From: Candidatus Woesebacteria bacterium
GTDB taxonomy: Bacteria; Patescibacteriota; Microgenomatia; UBA10105; UBA927
Assembly: GCA_018062625.1 (NCBI GenBank)
Contig: JAGORV010000006.1
Span: forward strand, 1 to 60,413
Length of the DNA: 60,413 nucleotides
Direction of reading: 5' to 3'
Below the pieces are notes generated by a model. It had not been told where the DNA came from. It ran no database searches and was given only the letters and a program-made list of their open reading frames with translations. How positions within the stretch are numbered: position 1 is the stretch's first letter; every line of letters begins with the position of its first letter. Shown piece by piece: positions 26,727-37,327 of the stretch. A program made the translations under genes and the position numbers.

Positions 26727-29194
26727 AAAGAAGAAGTAAATAGGACCTTTAACTGACTATCTCTAACCAGATCTGTATTGTACTCAAGTACCCCTGGTTT
26801 TGCAAGCTTAAGATCTGTATTTGCGTTCCATGCATCAGGATATTGTATGCTTACGTGCCAAGGAGTACTGGTAACCCCCGCCTGCTTTCTCAGGCTAAAC
26901 TGATACACGCCTGTAGGCTTTGTCATGAGCGCTCCCCATCGCATAGTCGTGACTATAATCTGTTTCTGTGCGTGAACTCCTACAGTGACAGGCACGCCAA
27001 TCGCAACACCGTCGTCAAGCCTCTCTACACGCACTGATGAACTAGATGCATCTTGCTTCCTGGGGTCAAACTGCTCAACAGCTTGCCCATCTACCGACAC
27101 TGAAACTAACTCCGTGTCGGCGGGATACAAAAAGCGCACATAAGATTTATATTCACCGCCTCCATCATGTCCAAGACTTGTTGAGGAGTTGATAAGTGTC
27201 ATAGAGGTTTCTTGGCGAATATCACCTGTTGTGTTTATAACAATCCGTGAATCCGCTTGTTGTTTTATAAAATAATTCACCTTATTCACTCCAAGGTTTG
27301 CCTGAATTATCCCGATACCATCTTGTACACATGGGATATCCTGAAGTATATGTGAACAGGATGGGAATCCTACTCCCCCAGACCATCCCCATTGTGAAAC
27401 TATCCCTTGTACATTTGTGTCATTAAAATAAAATTGCACATCTCGTCCTTCAAGTGAGCTGGCTATCGCAGAAAACAACTTAGCAGGTGAAATGCTTTTA
27501 TCAGTCGTCAAGCGCATCAACAGTGCATTAGTTAAGCTCCCCAAAAAATCTTTCTTTTGTGTAGATCCTGGAAAAAAGTCTGTCTGAGTGTACAACAACG
27601 ATTTTACAAAAAAGTTTCCAGCCGAAATTCGCTCATTAAAATCCGACAATTCAAGTGGACCGGTTACCTCCAGAAGCTTGGTTACCAGTGGTAGCGAAAG
27701 TGCTATAACTCCATCTACCTTTGTGTTCATCTCCTTTTCATAAAACCATGCAGCCTGCGGTCCACTCTTCGAAAAATCTGGATCCCAGTTGCTATCACGT
27801 AGATACCAGTGCTCTTGTCCAAGAAGTGACTGTATAGGTTGTGGTGGATCGACATGACCTTTCAGCTGACCATCAGCAGTATACACATCTTGCACCTCAA
27901 GGTTAGCTAACTTTCCGTCTGCAAACGAAACCAAAAGCAGACTTCCTATAAATCCCCCAGTAGGTCGCAACTCCATACTATTTTGCAACAACACAAGATA
28001 AGTTTGTTTTTTTCGAAACCCTCCAATTTCAGGGTATAACGTTAAAAGTCTCTGAGCATATTCGGTCATTTGACGAAGTGTGACTAATTTTTCCATTGCA
28101 ACACGTGCACCATCTTTAAATCTACCTATGTTAAACGGGAATCGAGATGATAAAAGCAAGGAATCTAGTTGTGCTTGAACAAGGGCAAGATGTTGAGCTA
28201 CTTGGGAAACGTCTGACCGAAGAGCAAGAACATCAGCAAGTCCTTTCACCTGTCCGGTTTGCGCTTCCCCAGAAAGCAAACTCACAGCAACGGCTTTTCC
28301 CCCATCAAGAATTCGCAAAACTCCAACTTCACTTTTGGCAACATCAGCAACGACGGATAAAAATAATTCTTGATCTTGTGCAAATCCTTGCAAACCGAAC
28401 GACTGTAATACTGGTGATGTCAACTGAAGTAATGTAGAAGCGATCTGTGTGTTCCGAGTGCTTTGCGTAATAAACGAATGAGCAAATTTAGAATTTCCTC
28501 GGACCAAAGACATACTGCCCCCATAAAGAAAACCTACCGCCAAAACACATGACACACCGTACAATATCGATGGAATAATTATACAAACAAGTAACCCAAA
28601 TATAACTTGCTTCATTACGCGCCACTTTCTATTAAATGATAAATCGTGTTTCGGTAATACTTTTGATGGAGCAAAAATCTGTTTCATAATTCCCGCGATT
28701 CGTGATGAATCCTGTGAATCTGCGGGGGGCACATAGGATACTGGCTCACGTGATTGTTGCTTGTGTATTACACTAACCACCCTTTTGGTTCCAAGTCCTT
28801 TTCGGGCGTTATATACGATCTGTTTACCGGTGAAAAAATGAGAGAAAACATCACGCGTAAGTGCTTGAGTAAGTGGGACTGGATCCACAAGCACAACCTT
28901 CCCTCCTAAGCGTTGCAAGAATTCATCAGATAAATCGCCGTCATAGACTATAAATAAGCGCTTGGTACCAGAAGATTTTTTCCCCGCTACATAACCTTTC
29001 ACGAACTCACAATCACCCGCCACAATCCAGTACAATGGGTCATGCGTCGTTTCACGATTTACTACCACTGTACACCCTGCTTGATGTAAGAATTCCCGCA
29101 ATGGTTCTATAAAGACTAGATCTTGCCCGTCAATACGCGCCAACGCAGATGAGCGTTCTTCCTCTCCGACTAATTGATTGGTTGTGGCCACCAT
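26723..29194 (-). CDS. DUF4012-like large membrane-anchored protein
   Basis: YLVLLQNSMELRPTGGFIGS, LRDSNWDPDF, VDGVIA, ANLGVNKVN, YVRFLYP. Confidence 0.85.
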   Translation of the reverse strand: MVATTNQLVGEEERSSALARIDGQDLVFIEPLREFLHQAGCTVVVNRETTHDPLYWIVAGDCEFVKGYVAGKKSSGTKRLFIVYDGDLSDEFLQRLGGKVVLVDPVPLTQALTRDVFSHFFTGKQIVYNARKGLGTKRVVSVIHKQQSREPVSYVPPADSQDSSRIAGIMKQIFAPSKVLPKHDLSFNRKWRVMKQVIFGLLVCIIIPSILYGVSCVLAVGFLYGGSMSLVRGNSKFAHSFITQSTRNTQIASTLLQLTSPVLQSFGLQGFAQDQELFLSVVADVAKSEVGVLRILDGGKAVAVSLLSGEAQTGQVKGLADVLALRSDVSQVAQHLALVQAQLDSLLLSSRFPFNIGRFKDGARVAMEKLVTLRQMTEYAQRLLTLYPEIGGFRKKQTYLVLLQNSMELRPTGGFIGSLLLVSFADGKLANLEVQDVYTADGQLKGHVDPPQPIQSLLGQEHWYLRDSNWDPDFSKSGPQAAWFYEKEMNTKVDGVIALSLPLVTKLLEVTGPLELSDFNERISAGNFFVKSLLYTQTDFFPGSTQKKDFLGSLTNALLMRLTTDKSISPAKLFSAIASSLEGRDVQFYFNDTNVQGIVSQWGWSGGVGFPSCSHILQDIPCVQDGIGIIQANLGVNKVNYFIKQQADSRIVINTTGDIRQETSMTLINSSTSLGHDGGGEYKSYVRFLYPADTELVSVSVDGQAVEQFDPRKQDASSSSVRVERLDDGVAIGVPVTVGVHAQKQIIVTTMRWGALMTKPTGVYQFSLRKQAGVTSTPWHVSIQYPDAWNANTDLKLAKPGVLEYNTDLVRDSQLKVLFTSSL

Positions 29195-29359
29195 AGGGGT
29201 ATGAAGGGTTACCTACCTATTATGACAAACATATAAACCGAAAACAACAGAAACTTTGGAGGTAATTGCCGCAGTAAAGCTGAACATAACATGAGCAGAG
29301 CTCAAACGAGCATATGAATAACACGAGATGACAAAATGTGCTCCGAAGAACGATGAAGA

Positions 29360-29806
29360 TTAACTCGCATCAAGCGCTTGGTTTACAAAATAATCTGCTC
29401 GAGCGTTCTGTGCACGTGGCACATAAGAATATGTTATCAAGCCACCAACTTCGACCTCCAGCGAATGAACCTCTAAAAGCAACTGGCGAAGCCTAGGTTC
29501 TTTAACTTTAAATGTGCCGTTGATTTGGTTTACCACAAGTGTCGAGTCCAACAGGAAGTTTATGGTTATATCTCTTTCGGTGACACCGCCTTCGTCACTC
29601 ATCAAGTTTTTGACAGCGCCAAGCGCCTCGATCACTGCGGTGTATTCGGCAACATTGTTTGTTGTCTCCCCTATTTTTTTACCAAATTCTATAACAACAT
29701 TTTTTTCATCATTCGCATCTTTTATTACACCCTCTATAACCACACCCACCGCAGCTGGTCCGGGATTACCTCTAGCTCCTCCATCTGTATGAATTGTTAG
29801 TTGCAT
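29360..29806 (-). CDS. rnhA: Ribonuclease HI (archaeal-like type)
   Basis: IHTDGGARGNPGPA, TNNVAEY, DSTLVVNQ, VPRAQNARAD; start placed at MQLTI (29806). Confidence 0.93.
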   Translation of the reverse strand: MQLTIHTDGGARGNPGPAAVGVVIEGVIKDANDEKNVVIEFGKKIGETTNNVAEYTAVIEALGAVKNLMSDEGGVTERDITINFLLDSTLVVNQINGTFKVKEPRLRQLLLEVHSLEVEVGGLITYSYVPRAQNARADYFVNQALDAS

Positions 29807-29820
29807 AGAAAAAGATTCTC

Positions 29821-31086
29821 TCACGCCTTTGTAGTTTTCGACAATATGGGAAATAATATCATGCAGGACACGGCCAATATTAGTCCTTCCGAGAGTACTG
29901 TTATCCACGCAGACGCCACAGGGCCAAATTGCGGCACAAGCCAAATATTACATCCAATATTTAATAGCATTCCACTTCCATAGATCCACGCTAGATGCCA
30001 TTGACGTTTGTATGTCACCAGCATCCACATAGTCAATGAAGACAAAAAAAAGATTGGCAAAGACAAAACGAGAATACGTAAGTACAAAATGCTTGGTAAA
30101 AAATCGGGTCGTATCAAAACAAAATACGGTGCAAAAAACCACGCAGCGATAAACAGCGCTATTGAACTAACCAGCAGTACACTAGCAGTTTTTTTTACCA
30201 AAGACTTAAATACATCTTGACGCTTATGAGCAACCAACATCATGGGATATACTGCATTCATAAAAAACGTTGGCAACACAAGAATGGTTTCAAATACTTT
30301 ATATGCGAGTCCATAAGTGCCCACTTCCACAGAAGCGCGCGTGAGAGTCAAAACCACACTGTCAGCATGTGCATATATAACGTTGCTAATAAGCGTCAAG
30401 CCCAATGGAACAGAAGCGACAAACAGCTTTCCCATTGAAGAGAAAGAAAAAGTAATAGACAGGGGAGTGATTCGGTTGGCAAACCATAGTGAAATAATCG
30501 CTGTAGTTAAACTCCCACCTAGCAACGCAACTACACCAAGGACTCCTCCTCCAATTTCTATATTACTTACCCAAACCAACCATAAAATTCCGAGCGTAAC
30601 CGCAGAACCAGCAACAACAGCAACCGTAGCGTCTATATATCGCAAATGTTTTTGAAACACTGCATTAGCACTTGTTATTAGCGCTTGAAATATAATGGCG
30701 GGGGAAAACACAATAATTCCAAGCCGTACAAGCGACGTGTATCCTTGTGAGGTGGACTGGGGAAGAAATGCTAAAGCTGCAATAGATATGAACATAAGTC
30801 CAATGCTACCAATTGTCCGAAGACCAAATAACGAGGGGAGTGCTTCTGAATCTGTGCGCTGTAGGTACAATGCGTTTAGCCCGAAGTCTGCGATTAAAAA
30901 AAAGAAACTCACAAACGTTGTGATTTTTACGAAATCACCAAATCCTGATGCCCCAAATTGTCGTGCAATAATAAAACTGAGGATGAATGTTGTTCCTGCC
31001 CCAAAAAATTTTCCAACCAATTGTGCAGACGTATTTATAACCACAACACTTCTGGAACTCCCTTTAGAAAAGATATGCCCAAACAT
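29821..31086 (-). CDS. Wzx/MOP-family polysaccharide flippase
   Basis: About 12 TMs, ADFGL, YAHADSVVL, VGTYGLAYK; start placed at 31086 behind TACAAT-N7. Confidence 0.88.
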   Translation of the reverse strand: MFGHIFSKGSSRSVVVINTSAQLVGKFFGAGTTFILSFIIARQFGASGFGDFVKITTFVSFFFLIADFGLNALYLQRTDSEALPSLFGLRTIGSIGLMFISIAALAFLPQSTSQGYTSLVRLGIIVFSPAIIFQALITSANAVFQKHLRYIDATVAVVAGSAVTLGILWLVWVSNIEIGGGVLGVVALLGGSLTTAIISLWFANRITPLSITFSFSSMGKLFVASVPLGLTLISNVIYAHADSVVLTLTRASVEVGTYGLAYKVFETILVLPTFFMNAVYPMMLVAHKRQDVFKSLVKKTASVLLVSSIALFIAAWFFAPYFVLIRPDFLPSILYLRILVLSLPIFFLSSLTMWMLVTYKRQWHLAWIYGSGMLLNIGCNIWLVPQFGPVASAWITVLSEGLILAVSCMILFPILSKTTKA

Positions 31087-31119
31087 GATGACCATTGTAG
31101 CATGAAAAGTATTGAGGTC

Positions 31120-32397
31120 TTATGAATTCGACGGAAATCGTATAGCTACTGCAGTCAAAGAAATAATTAAACTAAACAGTAATTGCCCTTGCTGCAACGT
31201 AAATAGGTAGTGATCGATCAAACCGAGCATCAATAAAGAAATCATTGATATATACAATGAAGAATAATTATGCTTTCGCTTACGGCTATCATATATAAAC
31301 GATAGGATATAACCCAAAATTATACTTACACCCATAAGTCCAACCTGTGACAAAAGAAGTAAATATATATTATGAACCGGCTGAAGAATATATACCTGTT
31401 GTGATCGCAACGTTGGAGATAAACCAAAAAGAAAATTATTTAATCCTATACCGACGATAGGTGACTGATACCATATTGAAAGCGCCGATTCATTTAACTG
31501 TCTTCTCACTACCACAGACTCGTCTTGAATGGGGGCGACTATAAACCCAGAAATCATAACCAAACATAAGATGCTAATAATACATAATCGAATCTTAGTA
31601 AGCTTGTGTCGAAATATAATTATACTAATCGTACTAAATACGGTTACTACCCATGCGCTTCGACTAAAACTCAACACCAGCGCGATAGCCCCCAAAACTA
31701 TAGCAACCACATACAGGTAATGAGACGTTCGTCGTTTATTATTTTTCATTACTTCCATAAGCATAAGTGGAAGAGTAACTGCCAAAAATCCACCCAACAC
31801 ATTTGGATGTGAAAACGTTGAATATGCCCTCAACTTCAATTCGCAAGAAGAATTAAACAATTGGCAAATAGTAATTCGTGCAATAGCTGGAGTATCTATC
31901 ACAAAAGATCGTTCACCCAAAAACCATAAAGCACCGCCAATCGAACGCTGCAATACATATTGAGAGATACCAATAATGGCAATACCTATAATACCCACCG
32001 CTAAAGGTTTTGTGATGTCAGCCAGTGTAAGGCGTTGTTGGTATACATAACTACACAAGATCACAAGTTCCAATAATTTTATCCATGCAATAAGTGCAAT
32101 TATTCCATTATGCGCAAATATAATATTTATAAAAATAAATATACTTGAACAAAGCGCCATAAAAATAGTTTTACTATTCAGCGATCGAAAGATGAATATA
32201 ATTTTCTTGTAAAGCTTTGTCTCGATTATCCATGTAATTATCAACGCTATAACTAGGATATCGGTAACATATACAGTAGGAGAGAGGTAATCAATTTTAC
32301 GTCCTAGTATAGAAGACCAGTTCGGCCAGAAGTGATAACCAAGTTGTGTCGGAAGAAAAACAACAAGAAGAAATAATAATTTGCGGTGCAAAGTCAT
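31120..32397 (-). CDS. O-antigen ligase/Wzy_C family membrane protein
   Basis: RAYSTFSHPNVLGG, SFSRSAW, GIGLNNF, PVHNIYL; start placed at 32397. Confidence 0.87.
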   Translation of the reverse strand: MTLHRKLLFLLVVFLPTQLGYHFWPNWSSILGRKIDYLSPTVYVTDILVIALIITWIIETKLYKKIIFIFRSLNSKTIFMALCSSIFIFINIIFAHNGIIALIAWIKLLELVILCSYVYQQRLTLADITKPLAVGIIGIAIIGISQYVLQRSIGGALWFLGERSFVIDTPAIARITICQLFNSSCELKLRAYSTFSHPNVLGGFLAVTLPLMLMEVMKNNKRRTSHYLYVVAIVLGAIALVLSFSRSAWVVTVFSTISIIIFRHKLTKIRLCIISILCLVMISGFIVAPIQDESVVVRRQLNESALSIWYQSPIVGIGLNNFLFGLSPTLRSQQVYILQPVHNIYLLLLSQVGLMGVSIILGYILSFIYDSRKRKHNYSSLYISMISLLMLGLIDHYLFTLQQGQLLFSLIISLTAVAIRFPSNS

Positions 32398-32425
32398 TAC
32401 CGCCATTATATCAACGTTGCAAAAA

Positions 32426-32878
32426 TTATTTTGGTTTAACTACGAGGATACGACCATCGCCTTCACCTAACGATTCGGTTACGACTCGCTCATCACCTGA
32501 GAGCGTTACATGAATGATACGTCGCTCCGCAGGGGATAGACGAGTAAGCTCTACTGGTCGAGCTAAAGCGAGCGCGCGATCGGCAGCGTGTTGTGCCATA
32601 TGCATAAGTGCTTCTTCACGCTTTTCTCGATAATCGCCAATGTTTACATATACTTTTACCCATCGCCCCAATTTCTTAGAAACAATGATCCCTGCGATAT
32701 GCTGTAAACTTTCCAAGGTTTTCCCGTGGTGTCCTATAAGCAAGCCTGTTTCTTCAGTCTCGACTCCAACTCGAAAAGCGCCTGTTTCATCCAAGCTCAC
32801 ACTTACAGCTCCAGCAATTTCAAGCTTTGTAAGTATTTCCTCAACAATCTGTGTAACTACCAACGCATCGTTTTCCAT
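32426..32878 (-). CDS. jag: Jag/EloR-like KH + R3H RNA-binding protein (no Jag_N domain)
   Basis: LLIGHHGKTLESLQ, ERRIIH. Confidence 0.9.
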   Translation of the reverse strand: MENDALVVTQIVEEILTKLEIAGAVSVSLDETGAFRVGVETEETGLLIGHHGKTLESLQHIAGIIVSKKLGRWVKVYVNIGDYREKREEALMHMAQHAADRALALARPVELTRLSPAERRIIHVTLSGDERVVTESLGEGDGRILVVKPK

Positions 32879-32884
32879 AATATT

Positions 32885-33691
32885 TTAATTTAATTTATTT
32901 ACCTTCAACTGTTGCATAATACCAAAAACTCCAAATATGTTCCAGTACAACGCTAATCCTAGTGGAAACTGATACGCAAACATACCAAACATAATCGGTG
33001 TTATCAACATCATTTGTTTCTGCATTTCCATTGCTGTATCTTCTGGTTTCTTTTCTTCCACAGCACCTTTTTTCTTGATTGCCAACTTTGCATCTGGAGC
33101 TACTTGTGCTGGCATCATAAGTTTAGACTGCCAGAACTGAAGCAGTCCGGTAATCACAGGAATCAAAAGCAACCACCAACCGTGTGTCTGCCATTGTGAT
33201 GGTTTTACTGCAAGGTTTGTCCCTAAAAACGACAAATCCAACATAGTTATATGAAGCCAAGATGCATATGCAACATGATTTAAATCAGAAACCAACTTCG
33301 CCATATTACCGTTTTGCAAGACTTGATAAAACACATTGTAAAGCGCAATTAATACGGGCATCTGTATAAGCAATGGTAAACATCCCGCAGCGGGGTTTAC
33401 TCCATGCTCTTTATATAAATCAAGTTGTGCCTGTTGTAATGCTGTTTTATTATCTTTATGTTTTGCGGTAAGTGCATCCAAATGTGGCTTCAAATTCTGC
33501 ATTTTTTTAGCGGATGAAAGCTGAGCGTGCATAAGAGGGTAGAGAAGAAAACGAATAGCGATAGTAAGTGCTATCACCGCAAATCCCAATGGCCCAGGAA
33601 TATGCGCCCATTCAAAAATCTTATAAAACGCCATCAACAAATTGATGATTGGCCACATGAATAACTGATTCCAAATATTTGCGTCTAACAT
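32885..33691 (-). CDS. yidC: Membrane protein insertase YidC (short form)
   Basis: TIAIRFLLYP, LYKEHGVNPAAGCLPLLIQMP, LALYW. Confidence 0.95.
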   Translation of the reverse strand: MLDANIWNQLFMWPIINLLMAFYKIFEWAHIPGPLGFAVIALTIAIRFLLYPLMHAQLSSAKKMQNLKPHLDALTAKHKDNKTALQQAQLDLYKEHGVNPAAGCLPLLIQMPVLIALYNVFYQVLQNGNMAKLVSDLNHVAYASWLHITMLDLSFLGTNLAVKPSQWQTHGWWLLLIPVITGLLQFWQSKLMMPAQVAPDAKLAIKKKGAVEEKKPEDTAMEMQKQMMLITPIMFGMFAYQFPLGLALYWNIFGVFGIMQQLKVNKLN

Positions 33692-33697
33692 AGTTTT

Positions 33698-33937
33698 TTA
33701 CCGTACTGGGTCATATCCACCACGTGAAAACGGGTGACAACGTACAATGCGTAATAGCCCCAACCACGATCCGTAGATTATACCATAGCGCTCGATTGCT
33801 TGATATGTATATTCACTACATGTTGGCTGAAACCTACAAGCACTATCTACCAGCCAGAGCGCTTTAGCAATCCCCGTGTCTGGAGATAAATACTTCTGAT
33901 ACCACCGAATAGAGGAAAGTATACGTTGCTTTATCAT
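33698..33937 (-). CDS. yidD: Membrane protein insertion efficiency factor
   Basis: [30 protein letters not shown]. Confidence 0.95.
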   Translation of the reverse strand: MIKQRILSSIRWYQKYLSPDTGIAKALWLVDSACRFQPTCSEYTYQAIERYGIIYGSWLGLLRIVRCHPFSRGGYDPVR

Positions 33938-34281
33938 GATTCTATAGAAAATCCAGCTCGCGTAAGCAAACTTTGCACTTGATTATTGGCCTGTTGTTGA
34001 GAGTCGTAATTAAATCCTTTTTTGACAAAAAATATGAGATCGATCCCCAGCGGAAGCTGTGGATTACGATGTGCAATCGATTCACTAATTAGCCTCTTGA
34101 TGCGATTCCGCACTACCGCTCGCTTACTCGTTGTCGTAGGCACAACTACTGCACAACGCCAATTATCTGATGCTTGTGTTTGCAAAACAGTGCACTGTAG
34201 GCTTGCATCAATTGTTCGCTTTCCGGTTCGCATAACCGTGCTTATACGTACTGAGGGTATCCTGTGGAGTTTAGAAAGCAT
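33934..34281 (-). CDS. rnpA: Ribonuclease P protein component
   Basis: [19 protein letters not shown] (RNR motif); synteny. Confidence 0.9.
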   Translation of the reverse strand: MLSKLHRIPSVRISTVMRTGKRTIDASLQCTVLQTQASDNWRCAVVVPTTTSKRAVVRNRIKRLISESIAHRNPQLPLGIDLIFFVKKGFNYDSQQQANNQVQSLLTRAGFSIES

Positions 34282-34313
34282 ACGTAAACACAAAAATTAT
34301 ACAGTGAGATGTG

Positions 34314-34451
34314 TTAGACGGTGAGTTTTTTTCGCCCATTTGCGCGACGTCGCTTAAGCACTTTTCTACTTATTTGCGTTTTCATACGACTACGAAAGCC
34401 GTGTGTTCGTGCTCGTTTTTTCTTTTTTGGTTGATACGTTCGTTTTGGCAT
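34314..34451 (-). CDS. rpmH: 50S ribosomal protein L34 (not in ORF track)
   Basis: Manual translation [45 protein letters not shown]. Confidence 0.96.
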   Translation of the reverse strand: MPKRTYQPKKKKRARTHGFRSRMKTQISRKVLKRRRANGRKKLTV

Positions 34452-34493
34452 AACTTCTATAGTATATCCTAAACCTATTACTCATGTCCAGAA

Positions 34494-35861
34494 TTATTCT
34501 GCGAGCCTGACTACACACTCTCGAAACTGATTACCGCGATCCGCATAATCTTTAAATAAATTATAGCTTGCAGACGCAGGGGAGAGAAGACAAATTTTTC
34601 CGTTCATCGTATATTTATACGCTAATCGCACAGCCTCTTCCATGGAAGAAACGTCATGTTTTTTTATGGTACATTCTGGATTTGCAGCCAACACTGCCGC
34701 CCAAATTTTGGCCCCCGTATCTGGAAAGAGTAGTAACACATCTATAGGGAACTTGGCTAAATATGTGCCTAAGGCAGTAAAATCTAAATGCCGGTCATAC
34801 CCCCCAGCTATGAGGGTACCCACCTGATCACCAAATGCTGAAAGAGCATGAATAGTTGCCTCAGGAATAGTGGCAAGTGAATCATTATAAAACGTTATAG
34901 CATGGAATGTGCCTATATTTTCTAGACGATGAGGAAGTGGGGTAAATGGATGTATTGCTTCTCCGATAATATGCGGTGCAATACCAAAAAGCTTTGCAAC
35001 CGCGACTGCAGCCATAATGTTTTCTGTGTTTCCCAACAACTGAATATCAGCCATATTCATCACAACTTCGTCTTTTCCAATCTCCTTAGACATAATCGCG
35101 CCATCTTTCACAAAAACAGATGTGCCAGCTGACGATTCAGTGTTATATACAAACTTTTGCGCAGGCGAGTCTATCGCTATTTCTGACACACCAGATGCAG
35201 ACAAATTACAAATAAACGCATCTTGGGGAAATTGAAATCTAGTGATATTGGCTTTTGCGTGTATATACGACTCTATATTTGGATAATAATCCAGATGCTC
35301 TGGTTGGATCGCCAAAAGAACTGCAATCTGTGGGCTATACCGTGCGTCGCTAAGCTGGTGACTAGATAACTCGGCGACAAATACAGTTTTTGATGTTACG
35401 GATTCTATATGATCCAACATCGGCAACCCAATATTACCCACGAGTCGCACGTCAGAAACTGAAGATTTTAATATATGTGCAATCAAGCTTGCGGTCGTGC
35501 TTTTGCCTTTTGTCCCAGTCACACCCACCGTTTGATCACGAAACTGTGACAAAAATATATTTGTGGCACTCGTAACAAATCCACCCAACTTTATATATTC
35601 CACAAGCTCAGGTGTATGTGGTGGAATACCGGGAGAACGTATAACCGTCGAATATTTCGATAACGACGCAAGATATGCAGAACCTGAATAAACCTGCGTA
35701 GACTCCCCAACGATTGGAGCAACTGAGCTAGCATCTGCTATATCCACATGAATCTTAGGATAATGCTCGTGTAGCCATTTATGCGTACTTTGACCTTCTC
35801 GGCTATACCCTAGAATCAACACCTTATCACCGCGTATTTCTGGTAAATCTGTATCGTTCAT
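34494..35861 (-). CDS. murD: MurD-family ligase, probably MurD2 (L-Glu-adding) given the adjacent murL
   Basis: GVTGTKGKSTT, GNIG, ELSSHQL, EHLDYY, FYNDSLAT, GGYDR, LSPASAS. Confidence 0.92.
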   Translation of the reverse strand: MNDTDLPEIRGDKVLILGYSREGQSTHKWLHEHYPKIHVDIADASSVAPIVGESTQVYSGSAYLASLSKYSTVIRSPGIPPHTPELVEYIKLGGFVTSATNIFLSQFRDQTVGVTGTKGKSTTASLIAHILKSSVSDVRLVGNIGLPMLDHIESVTSKTVFVAELSSHQLSDARYSPQIAVLLAIQPEHLDYYPNIESYIHAKANITRFQFPQDAFICNLSASGVSEIAIDSPAQKFVYNTESSAGTSVFVKDGAIMSKEIGKDEVVMNMADIQLLGNTENIMAAVAVAKLFGIAPHIIGEAIHPFTPLPHRLENIGTFHAITFYNDSLATIPEATIHALSAFGDQVGTLIAGGYDRHLDFTALGTYLAKFPIDVLLLFPDTGAKIWAAVLAANPECTIKKHDVSSMEEAVRLAYKYTMNGKICLLSPASASYNLFKDYADRGNQFRECVVRLAE

Positions 35862-37276
35862 ATACTATGCTCCACATTTGCCCACGCTGCTCGTAAAAGC
35901 GAAAGGTGCTCCTCTGTCACGTTATAGGTGTCGCCCCAATGATCCATCACAGACTCTTTCAGTCTACGCACGTCAGTTTCAGATTTGCCCAAATCGCTTT
36001 TTATCAAAAGTAATCCCTCTGGAACTTCTCGGCCTTCTTTTTTATACTTTTCGACACACAACAATAGCGATAAGGATGCTTCATCTCGTGTTCCAACACA
36101 TTCAAACGGTTTAACTTGTGTTAGCCCCACCAACTCACGAATAAAGCGAACTATTGTGGGCTGTGCAAATAAATCCATTCCGAAACTTACTATCATTTGC
36201 TCGTGAGACAAATACGGATAGAGGACTAGATACGTAAATGCGCACTTGGCACATGCACCACACCATGTGTTTGTTTTACTCCCAACATTGCAACTACGAA
36301 ACGTGATAAAAAAATCTGGATGTTTTGAAAAAATCATACTAATTTGTATGTCGTTGAGAGGACGAAGCATGCTAAAGTAGCCAATATCTGCCGTTAAGAA
36401 CTTCGCACAGTACGATCGGAACAATTCTTCAAAACGAAAACTTTTAGAATATTGATGATTTATCTCTAGACCTCTATACACCACGTTTCCCTCGTCAGCA
36501 CTTCGTTCATTTGAAACAATCACATGTGATTTGCCATATAGGCTTGCGACAAGAACCCCCAAAAAAGCCAGATACGCAGAAAATGGGGTATGACCATTCA
36601 TATATCCCTGTTTATTAAGCGCTAAAAGCTGTGGGTCTATTATACGTTTAACCACGATTGGACGGGGTAAACCCGCGGCAACTATATTTGCAAGACTAGC
36701 TTGAGTAGGATTTACTACCATTGTAGAAAAGGGTAGTCCGGAACCAGATAATAGAGCAAGCGTCACGGCCGTATCTTTGCCACCACTTGCGAGCACTAGG
36801 TCTCCACTGTACGAATCTGATCGTATAGATTCAACTCCTTTAAAATCATGCTTTGGACTATCAATACGCTCTATAGTAGAATTCGTATTTTGTACTGAAT
36901 TGGTGATATGAAAAAAATTTGATTGTGTAAAGTCGATTTGATTTTGATAATAAAACTCTCCCAATCCATGCATAAAAAGATCGTTCCAAAATCGAATCTG
37001 CTCGAGAGAAACATCCCCTGCTTCCACTACTATCTCGGCAGGACATGCTACCTTCCAGTAACTTATCATTTCTATCAATCCTACATGGAGTGCAAAAATA
37101 CCAAGCGCCTGCTCATCTATCTTGCCCATAAACGGAATCTGTACCTCTGGGCGAAACACTATGTCAGGCGCAAGTACAAATTCGAATCGAATTATCAATG
37201 CTTCTGTTGTTTGTATAACTTTGTACGATTTGTACGTGAGTCGTGAATGTTTATTTCGTAGTTCTTGCAAGTTCAT
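35858..37276 (-). CDS. murL: Probable UDP-MurNAc-L-Ala-L-Glu epimerase MurL
   Basis: PP-loop SGGKDT, NGHTPFS, SNERSA, NHQYSKS, WCGACAKC, KPFECVG; ATGA overlap with murD; start placed at MNLQEL. Confidence 0.8.
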   Translation of the reverse strand: MNLQELRNKHSRLTYKSYKVIQTTEALIIRFEFVLAPDIVFRPEVQIPFMGKIDEQALGIFALHVGLIEMISYWKVACPAEIVVEAGDVSLEQIRFWNDLFMHGLGEFYYQNQIDFTQSNFFHITNSVQNTNSTIERIDSPKHDFKGVESIRSDSYSGDLVLASGGKDTAVTLALLSGSGLPFSTMVVNPTQASLANIVAAGLPRPIVVKRIIDPQLLALNKQGYMNGHTPFSAYLAFLGVLVASLYGKSHVIVSNERSADEGNVVYRGLEINHQYSKSFRFEELFRSYCAKFLTADIGYFSMLRPLNDIQISMIFSKHPDFFITFRSCNVGSKTNTWCGACAKCAFTYLVLYPYLSHEQMIVSFGMDLFAQPTIVRFIRELVGLTQVKPFECVGTRDEASLSLLLCVEKYKKEGREVPEGLLLIKSDLGKSETDVRRLKESVMDHWGDTYNVTEEHLSLLRAAWANVEHSI

Positions 37277-37327
37277 ACTAAGGTATTGTAGCAAAGTTAA
37301 CGGGGTAATGACCAAAAAACACGTGCA

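Noticed and set aside
29195-29359. 165-bp gap that could hold a small gene or ncRNA
   Set aside because: Open frames lack credible starts and no stable structure or known RNA motif was recognised
34452-34493. oriC upstream of rpmH
   Set aside because: Only 42 bp long, with no DnaA boxes
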